The translations under genes were made by a program, and so were the position numbers. Positions 40,101 to 52,860 of a stretch of DNA of 64,000 bases are shown in pieces; position 1 is the stretch's first letter, and each line of letters starts with the position of its first letter. The stretch is from Eledone cirrhosa. Its lineage: Eukaryota. The notes under the pieces were generated by a model. It did no database searches. It saw nothing but the letters and a program-made list of their open reading frames with translations, and was not told the DNA's origin. The stretch covers positions 134,230,001-134,294,000 of the forward strand of contig OZ024743.1 of NCBI GenBank assembly GCA_964016885.1, given 5' to 3'.

Positions 40101-41852
40101 GCTGTTTGGTGTTTCGTGTTTGGTGTTTGGTGTTTGGTGCTTGTTCCTTGGTGTTTGGTGCTTGGTGTTTGGTGCCTGGTGCTTGGTTCTTGGTGCTTGG
40201 TGTTTGGTGTTTGGTGCTTGGTGCTTGGTGCTTGGAGTTTGGTGTTTGGTGCTTGGTGCTTGGTGTTTTGTGTTTCGTGTTTGGTTTTTGGTGCTTGGTG
40301 CTTGGTGCTTGGTCCTTGGTGTTTGGTGCTGGGTGCTTTGTGTTTGGTGCTTGGTGCTTGGTGCTTGGTGTTTGGTGTTTGCTGCTTGGTGTTTGATGCT
40401 TGGTGCTTGGTGCTTGGTGTTTTGTGTTTGGTGCTTGGTGCTTGGTGTTTGGTGTTTGGTGCTTGGTGCTTGGTGCTTGGTGTTTGTACTTGGTGCTTGG
40501 TGCTTGGTGTTTGGTTCTTGGTTCTTGATGTTTGGTGTTTGGCGTTTGGTGTTTGGTGCTTGGTGCTTGGTGTTTGGTGCCTGGTGCTTGGTGCTTGGTG
40601 CTTGGAGTTTGGTGTTTGGTGTTTGGTTTTTGGTGCTGGGTGCTTGGGCCTTGGTGTTTGGTGCTGGGTGCTTTGTGTTTGGTGCTTGGTGCTTGGTGTT
40701 TGGTGTTTGCTGCTTGGTGTTTGATGCTTGGTGCTTGGTGCTTGGTGTTTTGTGTTTGGTGCTTGGTTCTTGGTGTTTGGTGCTTGGTGCTTGGTGCTTG
40801 GTGTTTGTACTTGGTGCTTGGTGCTTGGTGTTTGGTTCTTGGTTCTTGGTGTTTGGATACTTGTTGCTTGATGCTTGGTGCTTGATGTTTGGTGTTTGGT
40901 GCTTGGTGTTTGGTGCTTGGTGCTTGGTGCTTGGTGTTAGGTGTTTGGTGCTTGGTCCTTGGTGTTTGGTGCTTGGTGTTTGGTGTTTGCTGTTTGGTGT
41001 TTGGTGTTTGGTGTTTGGTGTTTGCTGTTTGGCGTCTGCTTTTTGGTGTTTAGTGTTTGCTGTATGGTGTTTGGTGTTTGCTGTTTGGTGTTTGGTCTTT
41101 GGTGCTTGGTGCTTGGTGCTTGGTGTTATATATGCTTGGTGTTTGATGCTTGGTGCTTGGTGCTTGGTGTTTGGTGTTTGGTGTTTGATGCTTGGTGCTT
41201 GGTGTTTGGTGCTTGTTGCTTGGTGTTTGTACTTGGTGCTTGGTGCTTCGTGCTTAGTGTTTGGTGCTTGGTGTTTGGTGCTTGGTGCTTGGTGTTTGGT
41301 GCTTGGTGCTTGGTGCTTGGTGCTTGGTGTTTGGTGGTTGGTGTTTGGTGCTTGGTGTTAGGTGTTTGGTGCTTGGTGCTTGGTGTTTGGTGTTTAGTGC
41401 TTGGTGTTTGGTGCTTGGTGCTTGGTGTTTGGTGCTTGGTACTTGGTGCTTGGTGCTTGGTGTTAGGTGTTTGGTGCTTGGTGTTTGGTGCTTGGTGTTT
41501 GGTGCTTGGTGCTTGGTGCTTGGTGCTTGGTGTTTGGTGGTTGGTGTTTGGTGCTTGGTGTTAGGTGTTTGGTGCTTGGTGCTTGGTGTTTGGTGTTTGG
41601 TGCTTGGTGTTTGGTGTTTGGTGCTTGGTGTTTGGTGCTTTTTGCTTGGTGCTTGGTGCTTGGTGTTTGGTGCTTGGTGCCTGGTGTTTGGTGTTGGGTG
41701 CTTGGTGCTTGGTATTTGGTGTTTGGTGCTTGGTGCTTGGTGTTTGGTGTTTGGTGTTATATGCTTGGTGTTTGATGCTTGGTGCTTGGTGTTTGGTGTT
41801 TGGTGTTTGGTGCTTGGTGTTTGATGCTTGGTGCTTGGTGCTTGGTGTTTGA

Positions 41853-42561
41853 TGCTTGGTGCTTGGTGTTTGGTATTTGGTGCTTGGTGTTTGGTGATTG
41901 ATGCTTGGTGCTTGGTGCTTGGTGCTTGGTGTTTGGTGCTTGGTGTTTGGTGTTTGCTGTTTGGTGTTTGGTGTTTGGTGTTTGGTGTTTGCTGTTTGGT
42001 GTCTGCTTTTTGGTGTTTAGTGTTTGCTGTATGGTGTTTGCTGTTTCGTGTTTGGTGTTTGTTGTTTGGAGTTTGGTCTTTGGTGCTTGGTGTTTGGTGC
42101 TTGGTGCTTGGTGCTTGGTGTTTGGTGTTTGGTGCTTGGTGCTTGGTGTTTGGTGTTTGTTGTTTGGTGCTTGGTGTCTGGTGCTTGGTGTTTGGTGTTT
42201 GGTGCTTGGTGTTTGGTGTTCGGTGTTTGGTGCTTTGTGCTTGGTGTTTGGTGTTCGGTGTTTGGTGCTTGGTGTTTGGTGTTTGGTGCTTTTTGCTTGG
42301 TGCTTGGTGCTTGGTGTTTGGTGCTTGGTGTTTGGTGCTGGGTGCTTGGTGCTTGGTGTTTGGTGTTTGGTGCTTGGTGCTTTGTGTTTGGTGTTTGGTG
42401 TTATATGCTTGGTGTTTGATGCTTGGTGCTTGGTGCTTGGTGCTTGGTGTTTGGCGTTTGATGATTGGTGCTTGGTGCTTGGTGTTTGGTGCTTGGTGCT
42501 TGGTGTTTGGTATTTGGTGCTTGGTGTTTGGTGATTGATGCTTGGTGCTTGGTGCTTGGTG
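41853..42561. repeat. 637-bp extra block (ectopic copy of ~37270-37850) bracketed by a ~70-bp direct repeat
   Basis: GGTATTTGGTGCTTGGTGTTTGGTGATTGATGC occurs at 41872 and 42509 but only once (54439) in the sister copy. The interior matches the 37.3-37.8 kb region at offset 4646 (identical ORFs 37378/42024; GGCGTTTGATGATTGG 37807/42453). Confidence 0.85.
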
Positions 42562-44944
42562 TTTGGTGGTTGGTGCTTGGTGCTTGGTGTTAGGTGTTTG
42601 GTGCTTGGTGCTTGGTGTTTGGTGTTTGGTGCTTGGTGTTTGGTGTTTGGTTGTTGGTGTTTCGTGTTTGGAACTTGGTGCTTGGTCCTTGGTGTTAGGT
42701 GTTTGGTGCTTGGTGCTTGGTGTCTGGTTTTTGGTGCTTGGTGCTTGGTGTTTGGTGTTTGGTGCTTGCTGCTGGTTGCTTGGTGTTTGGTGCTTGATGA
42801 TTGGTGCTTGGTGTTTGGGGCTTGGTGTTTGGTGTTTGGTGCTAGGTGCTTGGTGTTTGGTGCTTGGTGCTTGGTGTTTGTACTTGGTGCTTGGTGCTTG
42901 GTTCTTTGTGTTTGGTGCTTGGTGCTTGGTGTTTGGTGCTTGGTGCTTGGTGTTTGGTGCTTGGTGCTTGGTCCTTGGTGTTTGGTGCTTGGTGTTAGGT
43001 GTTTGGTGCTTGGTGCTTGGTGTTTGGTGTTTGGTGCTTGGTGCTTGGTGTTTGGTGTTTGGTGCTTGGTGTTTGGTGTTTGGTGTTATATGCTTGGTGT
43101 TTGATGCTTGGTGCTTGGTGCTTGGTGTTTGGTGCTTGGTGTTTGATGCTTGGTGCTTGGTGCTTGGTGTTTGGTGCTTGGTGCTTGGTGTTTGTACTTG
43201 GTGCTTGGTGCTTGGTTCTTGGTGTTTGGTGCTTGGTGCTTGGTGTTTGGTGCTTGGTGCTTGGTGTTTGGTGCTTGGTGTTTGGTGCTTGGTGTTTGGT
43301 GCTTGGTGCTTGGTGCTTGGTGCTTGGTGTTTGGTGCTTGGTGTTTGGTGCTTGGTGTTAGGTGTTTGGTGCTTGGTGTTTGGTGTTTGGTTTTTGGTGC
43401 TTGGTGCTTGGTGTTTGGTGCTTGCTGCTGGCTGCTTGGTGTTTGATGTTTGGTGATTGGTGCTTGGTGTTTGGTGCTTGGTGTTTGGTGTTTGGTGCTA
43501 GGTGCTTGGTGTTTGGTGCTTGGTGCTTGGTGCTTGGTGTTTGGTGCTTGGTGCTTGGTCTTTGGTGCTTGGTGTTTGGTGTTTGGTGCTTGGTGCTTGG
43601 TGCTTGGTGTTTGGTGCTTGGTGCTTGGTGTTTGGTGCTTGGTGCTTAGTGTTTGGTGCTTGGTGCTTAGTGTTTGGTGCTAGGTGCTTGGTGTTTGGTG
43701 CTTGGGGCTTGGTGTTTGGTGCCTGGTGCTTGGTGTTTGGTGCTTGGTGCTTGGTGTTTGGTGTTTGCTGTTTGCTGTTTGGTGTTTGTTGTTTGGTGTT
43801 TGTTGTTTGGTGTTTGCTGTTTGGTGTTTGGTGTTTGCTTTTTGGTGTTTGGTGTTTGCTGTATGTTGTTTGCTGTTTGGTGTTTGGTGTTTGGTATTTG
43901 GTGCTTGGTGCTTGGTGTTTGGTGCTTGGTGCTTGGTGTTTCGTGCCTGGTGCTTGGTGCTTGGTGCTTGGTGTTTGGTGTTTGGTGCTTGGTGCTTGGT
44001 GCTTGGAGTTTGGTGTTTGGTGCTTGGTGCTTGGTGTTTTGTGTTTCGTGTTTGGTTTTTGGTGCTTGGTGCTTGGTGCTTGGTCCTTGGTGTTTGGTGC
44101 TGGGTGCTTTGTGTTTGGTGCTTGGTGCTTGGTGCTTGGTGTTTTGTGTTTGGTGCTTGGTGCTTGGTGCTTGGTGCTTGGTGCTTGGTGTTTGTACTTG
44201 ATGCTTGGTGCTTGGTGTTTGGTTCTTGGTTCTTGGTGTTTGGTACTTGGTGCTTGGTGTTTGGTGTTTGCTGTTTGGTGTTTGGTGTTTGGTGTTTGGT
44301 GTTTGCTGTTTGGTGTCTGCTTTTTGGTGTTTAGTGTTTGCTGTATGGTGTTTGGTGTTTGCTGTTTGGTGTTTGGTCTTTGGTGCTTGGTGTTTGGTGC
44401 TCGGTGCTTGGTGTTTGGTATTCGGTGCTTGGTGCTTGGTGTTTGGTGCTTGGTGTTTGGTGTTTGGTGTTTGGTGCTTGGTGTCTGGTGCTTGGTGTTT
44501 GGTGCTTGGTGTTTGGTGTTTGGTGCTTGGTGTTTGGTGTTTGGTGTTTGGTGCTTGGTGCTTGGTGTTTGGTGTTTGGTGTTTGGTGCTTGGTGTCTGG
44601 TGCTTGGTGTTTGGTGTTTGGTGATTGGTGTTTGGTGTTTGGTGTTTGGTGCTTGGTGCTTGGTGCTTGGTGTTTGGTGTTTGGTGTTTGGTGCTTGGTG
44701 CTTGGTGTTTGGTGCTTGGTGCTGAGTGGTTGGTGTTTGGTGCTTGGTGTTTGGTGCTGGGTGCTTGGTTTTTGGTCCTGGGTGCTTGGTGTTTGGTGCT
44801 TGGTGCTTGGTCTTTGGTGCTTGGTGTTTGGTGCTTGGTGCTTGGTGCTTGGTGTTTGGTGCTTGGTGCTTGGTGTTTGGTGCTTGGTGCTTAGTGTTTG
44901 GTGCTAGGTGCTTGGTGTTTGGTGCTTGGTGTTTGGTGCTTGGT

Positions 44945-47900
44945 GCTTGGTGTTTGGTGTTTGGTGTTTGGTGCTTGGTGCTTGGTGTTTGCTGTTTGCT
45001 GTTTGGTGTTTGTTGTTTGGTGTTTGTTGTTTGGTGTTTGCTGTTTGGTGTTTGGTGTCTGCTTTTTGGTGTTTGGTGTTTGCTGTGTGTTGTTTGCTGC
45101 TTGGTGTTTGGTGTTTGGTGTTTGGTGTTTGGTGTTTGGTGTTTGGTGCTTGGTGTTTGGTGCTTGGTGCTTGGTGCTTGGTGTTTGGTGCCTGGTGCTT
45201 GGTGCTTGATGCTTGGTGTTTGGTGTTTGGTGCTTGGTGCTTGGTGTTTCGTGATTGGTGCTTATTTTTTTGTGTTTCGTGTTTGGTTTTTGGTGCTTGG
45301 TGCTTGGTGCTTGGTCCTTGGTGTTTGGTGCTGGGTGCTTTGTGTTTGGTGCTTGGTGCTTGGTGCTTGGTGTTTGGTGTTTGCTGCTTGGTGTGTGATG
45401 CTTGGTGCTTGGTGCTTGGTGTTTTGTGTTTGGTGCTTGGTGCTTGGTGTTTGGTGCTTGGTGCTTGGTGCTTGGTGTTTGTACTTGGTGCTTGGTGCTT
45501 GGTGTTTGGTTCTTGGTTCTTGGTGTTTGGTGTTTTGCGTTTGGTTTTTGGTGCTTGGTGCTTGGTGTTTGGTGCTTGGTGCTTGGTGTTTGGTGCCTGG
45601 TGCTTGGTGCTTGGTGCTTGGTGTTTGGTGTTTGGTGCTTGGTGCTTGGAGTTTGGTGTTTGGTGCTTGGTGCTTGGTGCTTGGTCCTTGGTGTTTGGTG
45701 CTGGGTGCTTTGTGTTTGGTGATTGGTGCTTGGTGTTTGGTGTTTGCTGCTTGGTGTTTGATGCTTGGTGTTTTGTATTTGGTGCTTGGTGCTTGGTGTT
45801 TGGTGCTTGGTGCTTGGTGTTTCTACTTGGTGCTTGGTGCTTGGTGTTTGGTTCTTGGTTCTTGGTGTTTGGATACTTGTTGCTTGATGCTTGGTGCTTG
45901 ATGTTTGGTGTTTGGTGCTTGGTGTTTGGTGCTTGGTGCTTGGTGCTTGGTGTTAGGTGTTTGGTGCTTGGTCCTTGGTGTTTGGTGCTTGGTGTTTGGT
46001 GTTTGCTGTTTGGTGTTTGGTGTTTGGTGTTTGGTGTTTGCTGTTTGGCGTCTGCTTTTTGGTGTTTAGTGTTTGCTGTATGGTGTTTGGTGTTTGCTGT
46101 TTGGTGTTTGGTCTTTGGTGCTTGGTGCTTGGTGCTTGGTGTTATATATGCTTGGTGTTTGATGCTTGGTGCTTGGTGCTTGGTGTTTGGTGTTTGGTGT
46201 TTGATGCTTGGTGCTTGGTGTTTGGTGCTTGTTGCTTGGTGTTTGTACTTGGTGCTTGGTGCTTCGTGCTTAGTGTTTGGTGCTTGGTGTTTGGTGCTTG
46301 GTGCTTGGTGTTTGGTGCTTGGTGCTTGGTGCTTGGTGCTTGGTGTTTGGTGGTTGGTGTTTGGTGCTTGGTGTTAGGTGTTTGGTGCTTGGTGCTTGGT
46401 GTTTGGTGTTTAGTGCTTGGTGTTTGGTGCTTGGTGCTTGGTGTTTGGTGCTTGGTACTTGGTGCTTGGTGCTTGGTGTTAGGTGTTTGGTGCTTGGTGT
46501 TTGGTGCTTGGTGTTTGGTGCTTGGTGCTTGGTGCTTGGTGCTTGGTGTTTGGTGGTTGGTGTTTGGTGCTTGGTGTTAGGTGTTTGGTGCTTGGTGCTT
46601 GGTGTTTGGTGTTTGGTGCTTGGTGTTTGGTGTTTGGTGCTTGGTGTTTGGTGCTTGGTACTTGGTGCTTGGTGCTAGGTGTTTGGTGCTTGGAGCATGG
46701 TGCTTGGTGTTTGGTGCTTGGTGTTTGGTGCTTGGTGCTTGGTGCTTTGTGCTTGGTGTTTGGTGGTTGGTGTTTGGTGCTTGGTGTTAGGTGTTTGGTG
46801 CTTGGTGCTTGGTGTTTGGTGTTTGGTGCTTGGTGTTTGGTGTTTGGTGCTTGGTGTTTGGTACTTTTTGCTTGGTGCTTGGTGCTTGGTGTTTGGTGCT
46901 TGGTGTTTGGTGCTGGGTGCTTGGTGCTTGGTGTTTGGTGTTTGGTGCTTGGTGCTTGGTGTTTGGTATTTGGTGTTATATGCTTGATGTTTGATCCTTG
47001 GTGCTTGGTGCTTGGTGTTTGGTGTTTGGTGGTTGGTGTTTGATGCTTGGTGCTTGGTGCTTGGTGTTTGGTGCTTGGTGCTTGGTGTTTGGTGCTTGGT
47101 GCTTGGTGCTTGCTGTTTGGTGCTTGGTGTTTGGTGCTTGGTGCTTGGTGCTTGGTGCTTGCTGTTTGGTGGTTGGTGCTTGGTGCTTGGTGTTAGGTGT
47201 TTGGTGCTTGGTGCTTGGTGTTTGGTGTTTGGTGCTTGGTGTTTGGTGTTTGGTGCTTGGTGTTTGGTGCTTGGTACTTGGTGCTTGGTGCTTGGTGTTA
47301 GGTGTTTGGTGCTTGGTGCTTGGTGTCTGGTTTTTGGTGCTTGGTGCTTGGTGTTTGGTGTTTGGTGCTTGCTGCTGGCTGCTTGGTGTTTGGTGCTTGG
47401 TGATTGCTGCTTGGTGTTTGGTGCTTCGTGTTTGGTGTTTGGTGCTAGGTGCTTGGTGTTTGGTGCTTGCTGCTTGGTGTTTGTACTTGGTGCTTGGTGC
47501 TTGGTTCTTGGTGTTTGGTGCTTGGTGCTTGGTGTTTGGTGCTTGGTGCTTGGTGTTTGGTGCTTGGTGATTGGTGCTTGGTGCTTGGTGCTTGGTGCTT
47601 GGTGTTTGGTGCTTGGTGTTTGGTGCTTGGTGTTAGGTGTTTGTTGCTTGGTGCTTGGTCTTTGGTGTTTGGTGCTTGGTGTTTGGTGTTTGGTGTTATA
47701 TGAATGGTGTTTGATGCTTGGTGCTTGGTGCTTGGTGTTTGGTGCTTGGTGTTTGATGCTTGGTGCTTGGTGCTTGGTGTTTGGTGCTTGGTGCTTGGTG
47801 TTTGTACTTGGTGCTTGGTGCTTGGTTCTTGGTGTTTGGTGCTTGGTGGTTGGTGTTTGGTGCTTGGTGCTTGGTGTTTGGTGCTTGGTGTTTGGTGCTT

Positions 47901-50900
47901 GGTGTTTGGTGCTTGGTGCTTGGTGCTTGGTGCTTGGTGTTTGGTGCTTGGTGTTTGGTGCTTGGTGTTTGGTGCTTGGTGCTTGGTGCTTGGTGTTTGG
48001 TGTTTGGTGGTTGGTGTTTGGTGTTTGGTGTTAGGTGTTTGGTGCTTGGTGTTTGGTGTTTGGTGCTTGGTGTTTGGTGCTTGGTGCTTGGTGTTTGGTG
48101 TTTGGTGCTTGGTGTTTGGTGCTTGGTACTTGGTGCTTGGTGCTTGGTGTTAGGTGTTTGGTGCTTGGTGCTTGGTGTTTGGTTTTTGGTGCTTGGTGTT
48201 TGGTGTTTGGTGCTTGCTGCTGGCTGCTTGGTGTTTGATGCTTGGTGATTGGTGCTTGGTGTTTGGTGCTTGGTGTTTGGTGTTTGGTGCTAGGTGCTTG
48301 GTGTTTGGTGCTTGGTGCTGGGTGGTTGGTGTTTAGTGTTTGGTGTTTGGTGCTGGGTGCTTGGTGTTTGCTGCTTGGTGCTTGGTCTTTGGTGCTTGGT
48401 GTTTGGTGTTTGGTGCTTGGTGCTTGGTGCTTGGTGTTTGGTGCTTGGTGCTTGGTGTTTGGTGCTTGGTGTTTAGTGTTTGGTGCTTGGTGCTTAGTGT
48501 TTGGTGCTAGGTGCTTGGTGTTTGGTGCTTGGTGTTTAGGTGCCTGGTGCTTGGTGTTTGGTGTTTGGTGTTTGGTGCTTGGTGCTTGGTGTTTGGTGTT
48601 TGCTGTTTGCTGTTTGGTGTTTGTTGTTTGGTGTTTGTTGTTTGGTGTTTGCTGTTTGGTGTTTGGTGTTTGCTTTTTGGTGTTTAGTGTTTGCTGTATG
48701 TTGTTTGCTGTTTGGTGTTTCGTGTTTGGTGTTTGGTGTTTGGTGCTTGTTCCTTGGTGTTTGGTGCTTGGTGTTTGGTGCCTGGTGCTTGGTTCTTGGT
48801 GCTTGGTGTTTGGTGTTTGGTGCTTGGTGCTTGGTGCTTGGAGTTTGGTGTTTGGTGCTTGGTGCTTGGTGTTTTGTGTTTCGTGTTTGGTTTTTGGTGC
48901 TTGGTGTTTGGTGTTTGGTGTTTGGTGCTTGGTGCTTGGTGTTTGCTGTTTGCTGTTTGGTGTTTGTTGTTTGGTGTTTGTTGTTTGGTGTTTGCTGTTT
49001 GGTGTTTGGTGTCTGCTTTTTGGTGTTTGGTGTTTGCTGTGTGTTGTTTGCTGCTTGGTGTTTGGTGTTTGGTGTTTGGTGTTTGGTGTTTGGTGTTTGG
49101 TGCTTGGTGTTTGGTGCTTGGTGCTTGGTGCTTGGTGTTTGGTGCCTGGTGCTTGGTGCTTGATGCTTGGTGTTTGGTGTTTGGTGCTTGGTGCTTGGTG
49201 TTTCGTGATTGGTGCTTATTTTTTTGTGTTTCGTGTTTGGTTTTTGGTGCTTGGTGCTTGGTGCTTGGTCCTTGGTGTTTGGTGCTGGGTGCTTTGTGTT
49301 TGGTGCTTGGTGCTTGGTGCTTGGTGTTTGGTGTTTGCTGCTTGGTGTGTGATGCTTGGTGCTTGGTGCTTGGTGTTTTGTGTTTGGTGCTTGGTGCTTG
49401 GTGTTTGGTGCTTGGTGCTTGGTGCTTGGTGTTTGTACTTGGTGCTTGGTGCTTGGTGTTTGGTTCTTGGTTCTTGGTGTTTGGTGTTTTGCGTTTGGTT
49501 TTTGGTGCTTGGTGCTTGGTGTTTGGTGCTTGGTGCTTGGTGTTTGGTGCCTGGTGCTTGGTGCTTGGTGCTTGGTGTTTGGTGTTTGGTGCTTGGTGCT
49601 TGGAGTTTGGTGTTTGGTGCTTGGTGCTTGGTGCTTGGTCCTTGGTGTTTGGTGCTGGGTGCTTTGTGTTTGGTGATTGGTGCTTGGTGTTTGGTGTTTG
49701 CTGCTTGGTGTTTGATGCTTGGTGTTTTGTATTTGGTGCTTGGTGCTTGGTGTTTGGTGCTTGGTGCTTGGTGCTTGGTGTTTCTACTTGGTGCTTGGTG
49801 CTTGGTGTTTGGTTCTTGGTTCTTGGTGTTTGGATACTTGTTGCTTGATGCTTGGTGCTTGATGTTTGGTGTTTGGTGCTTGGTGTTTGGTGCTTGGTGC
49901 TTGGTGCTTGGTGTTAGGTGTTTGGTGCTTGGTCCTTGGTGTTTGGTGCTTGGTGTTTGGTGTTTGCTGTTTGGTGTTTGGTGTTTGGTGTTTGGTGTTT
50001 GCTGTTTGGCGTCTGCTTTTTGGTGTTTAGTGTTTGCTGTATGGTGTTTGGTGTTTGCTGTTTGGTGTTTGGTCTTTGGTGCTTGGTGCTTGGTGCTTGG
50101 TGTTATATATGCTTGGTGTTTGATGCTTGGTGCTTGGTGCTTGGTGTTTGGTGTTTGGTGTTTGATGCTTGGTGCTTGGTGTTTGGTGCTTGTTGCTTGG
50201 TGTTTGTACTTGGTGCTTGGTGCTTCGTGCTTAGTGTTTGGTGCTTGGTGTTTGGTGCTTGGTGCTTGGTGTTTGGTGCTTGGTGCTTGGTGCTTGGTGC
50301 TTGGTGTTTGGTGGTTGGTGTTTGGTGCTTGGTGTTAGGTGTTTGGTGCTTGGTGCTTGGTGTTTGGTGTTTAGTGCTTGGTGTTTGGTGCTTGGTGCTT
50401 GGTGTTTGGTGCTTGGTACTTGGTGCTTGGTGCTTGGTGTTAGGTGTTTGGTGCTTGGTGTTTGGTGCTTGGTGTTTGGTGCTTGGTGCTTGGTGCTTGG
50501 TGCTTGGTGTTTGGTGGTTGGTGTTTGGTGCTTGGTGTTAGGTGTTTGGTGCTTGGTGCTTGGTGTTTGGTGTTTGGTGCTTGGTGTTTGGTGTTTGGTG
50601 CTTGGTGTTTGGTGCTTGGTACTTGGTGCTTGGTGCTAGGTGTTTGGTGCTTGGAGCATGGTGCTTGGTGTTTGGTGCTTGGTGTTTGGTGCTTGGTGCT
50701 TGGTGCTTTGTGCTTGGTGTTTGGTGGTTGGTGTTTGGTGCTTGGTGTTAGGTGTTTGGTGCTTGGTGCTTGGTGTTTGGTGTTTGGTGCTTGGTGTTTG
50801 GTGTTTGGTGCTTGGTGTTTGGTACTTTTTGCTTGGTGCTTGGTGCTTGGTGTTTGGTGCTTGGTGTTTGGTGCTGGGTGCTTGGTGCTTGGTGTTTGGT

Positions 50901-52860
50901 GTTTGGTGCTTGGTGCTTGGTGTTTGGTATTTGGTGTTATATGCTTGATGTTTGATCCTTGGTGCTTGGTGCTTGGTGTTTGGTGTTTGGTGGTTGGTGT
51001 TTGATGCTTGGTGCTTGGTGCTTGGTGTTTGGTGCTTGGTGCTTGGTGTTTGGTGCTTGGTGCTTGGTGCTTGCTGTTTGGTGCTTGGTGTTTGGTGCTT
51101 GGTGCTTGGTGCTTGGTGCTTGCTGTTTGGTGGTTGGTGCTTGGTGCTTGGTGTTAGGTGTTTGGTGCTTGGTGCTTGGTGTTTGGTGTTTGGTGCTTGG
51201 TGTTTGGTGTTTGGTGCTTGGTGTTTGGTGCTTGGTACTTGGTGCTTGGTGCTTGGTGTTAGGTGTTTGGTGCTTGGTGCTTGGTGTCTGGTTTTTGGTG
51301 CTTGGTGCTTGGTGTTTGGTGTTTGGTGCTTGCTGCTGGCTGCTTGGTGTTTGGTGCTTGGTGATTGCTGCTTGGTGTTTGGTGCTTCGTGTTTGGTGTT
51401 TGGTGCTAGGTGCTTGGTGTTTGGTGCTTGCTGCTTGGTGTTTGTACTTGGTGCTTGGTGCTTGGTTCTTGGTGTTTGGTGCTTGGTGCTTGGTGTTTGG
51501 TGCTTGGTGCTTGGTGTTTGGTGCTTGGTGATTGGTGCTTGGTGCTTGGTGCTTGGTGCTTGGTGTTTGGTGCTTGGTGTTTGGTGCTTGGTGTTAGGTG
51601 TTTGTTGCTTGGTGCTTGGTCTTTGGTGTTTGGTGCTTGGTGTTTGGTGTTTGGTGTTATATGAATGGTGTTTGATGCTTGGTGCTTGGTGCTTGGTGTT
51701 TGGTGCTTGGTGTTTGATGCTTGGTGCTTGGTGCTTGGTGTTTGGTGCTTGGTGCTTGGTGTTTGTACTTGGTGCTTGGTGCTTGGTTCTTGGTGTTTGG
51801 TGCTTGGTGGTTGGTGTTTGGTGCTTGGTGCTTGGTGTTTGGTGCTTGGTGTTTGGTGCTTGGTGTTTGGTGCTTGGTGCTTGGTGCTTGGTGCTTGGTG
51901 TTTGGTGCTTGGTGTTTGGTGCTTGGTGTTTGGTGCTTGGTGCTTGGTGCTTGGTGTTTGGTGTTTGGTGGTTGGTGTTTGGTGTTTGGTGTTAGGTGTT
52001 TGGTGCTTGGTGTTTGGTGTTTGGTGCTTGGTGTTTGGTGCTTGGTGCTTGGTGTTTGGTGTTTGGTGCTTGGTGTTTGGTGCTTGGTACTTGGTGCTTG
52101 GTGCTTGGTGTTAGGTGTTTGGTGCTTGGTGCTTGGTGTTTGGTTTTTGGTGCTTGGTGTTTGGTGTTTGGTGCTTGCTGCTGGCTGCTTGGTGTTTGAT
52201 GCTTGGTGATTGGTGCTTGGTGTTTGGTGCTTGGTGTTTGGTGTTTGGTGCTAGGTGCTTGGTGTTTGGTGCTTGGTGCTGGGTGGTTGGTGTTTAGTGT
52301 TTGGTGTTTGGTGCTGGGTGCTTGGTGTTTGCTGCTTGGTGCTTGGTCTTTGGTGCTTGGTGTTTGGTGTTTGGTGCTTGGTGCTTGGTGCTTGGTGTTT
52401 GGTGCTTGGTGCTTGGTGTTTGGTGCTTGGTGTTTAGTGTTTGGTGCTTGGTGCTTAGTGTTTGGTGCTAGGTGCTTGGTGTTTGGTGCTTGGTGTTTAG
52501 GTGCCTGGTGCTTGGTGTTTGGTGTTTGGTGTTTGGTGCTTGGTGCTTGGTGTTTGGTGTTTGCTGTTTGCTGTTTGGTGTTTGTTGTTTGGTGTTTGTT
52601 GTTTGGTGTTTGCTGTTTGGTGTTTGGTGTTTGCTTTTTGGTGTTTAGTGTTTGCTGTATGTTGTTTGCTGTTTGGTGTTTCGTGTTTGGTGTTTGGTGT
52701 TTGGTGCTTGTTCCTTGGTGTTTGGTGCTTGGTGTTTGGTGCCTGGTGCTTGGTTCTTGGTGCTTGGTGTTTGGTGTTTGGTGCTTGGTGCTTGGTGCTT
52801 GGAGTTTGGTGTTTGGTGCTTGGTGCTTGGTGTTTTGTGTTTCGTGTTTGGTTTTTGGTG
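44945..52860. repeat. Near-perfect tandem duplication, period 3954/3961 bp
   Basis: GGATAC 45871/49832, GGAGCATGG 46692/50653 and TATATGAATGG 47697/51658 are all 3961 apart. Identical ORFs at 45957/49918, 46991/50952 and 47760/51721. ORFs 45402/49356 give 3954, upstream of a one-monomer indel. Confidence 0.92.

Larger units (their letters stand above)
27500..40500. repeat. Higher-order repeat of ~5.7 kb, two copies, the second lengthened by an internal 1658-bp duplication
   Basis: TTCGA at 28270/33936 and ORF pairs 27959/33625, 28117/33783, 28553/34219 give offset 5666. Downstream, GGAGCATGG at 30727/38086 and GGCGTTTGATGATTGG at 30448/37807 give 7359; ORF pairs 31012/38385 and 32512/39934 give 7373 and 7422. 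Confidence 0.8.
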
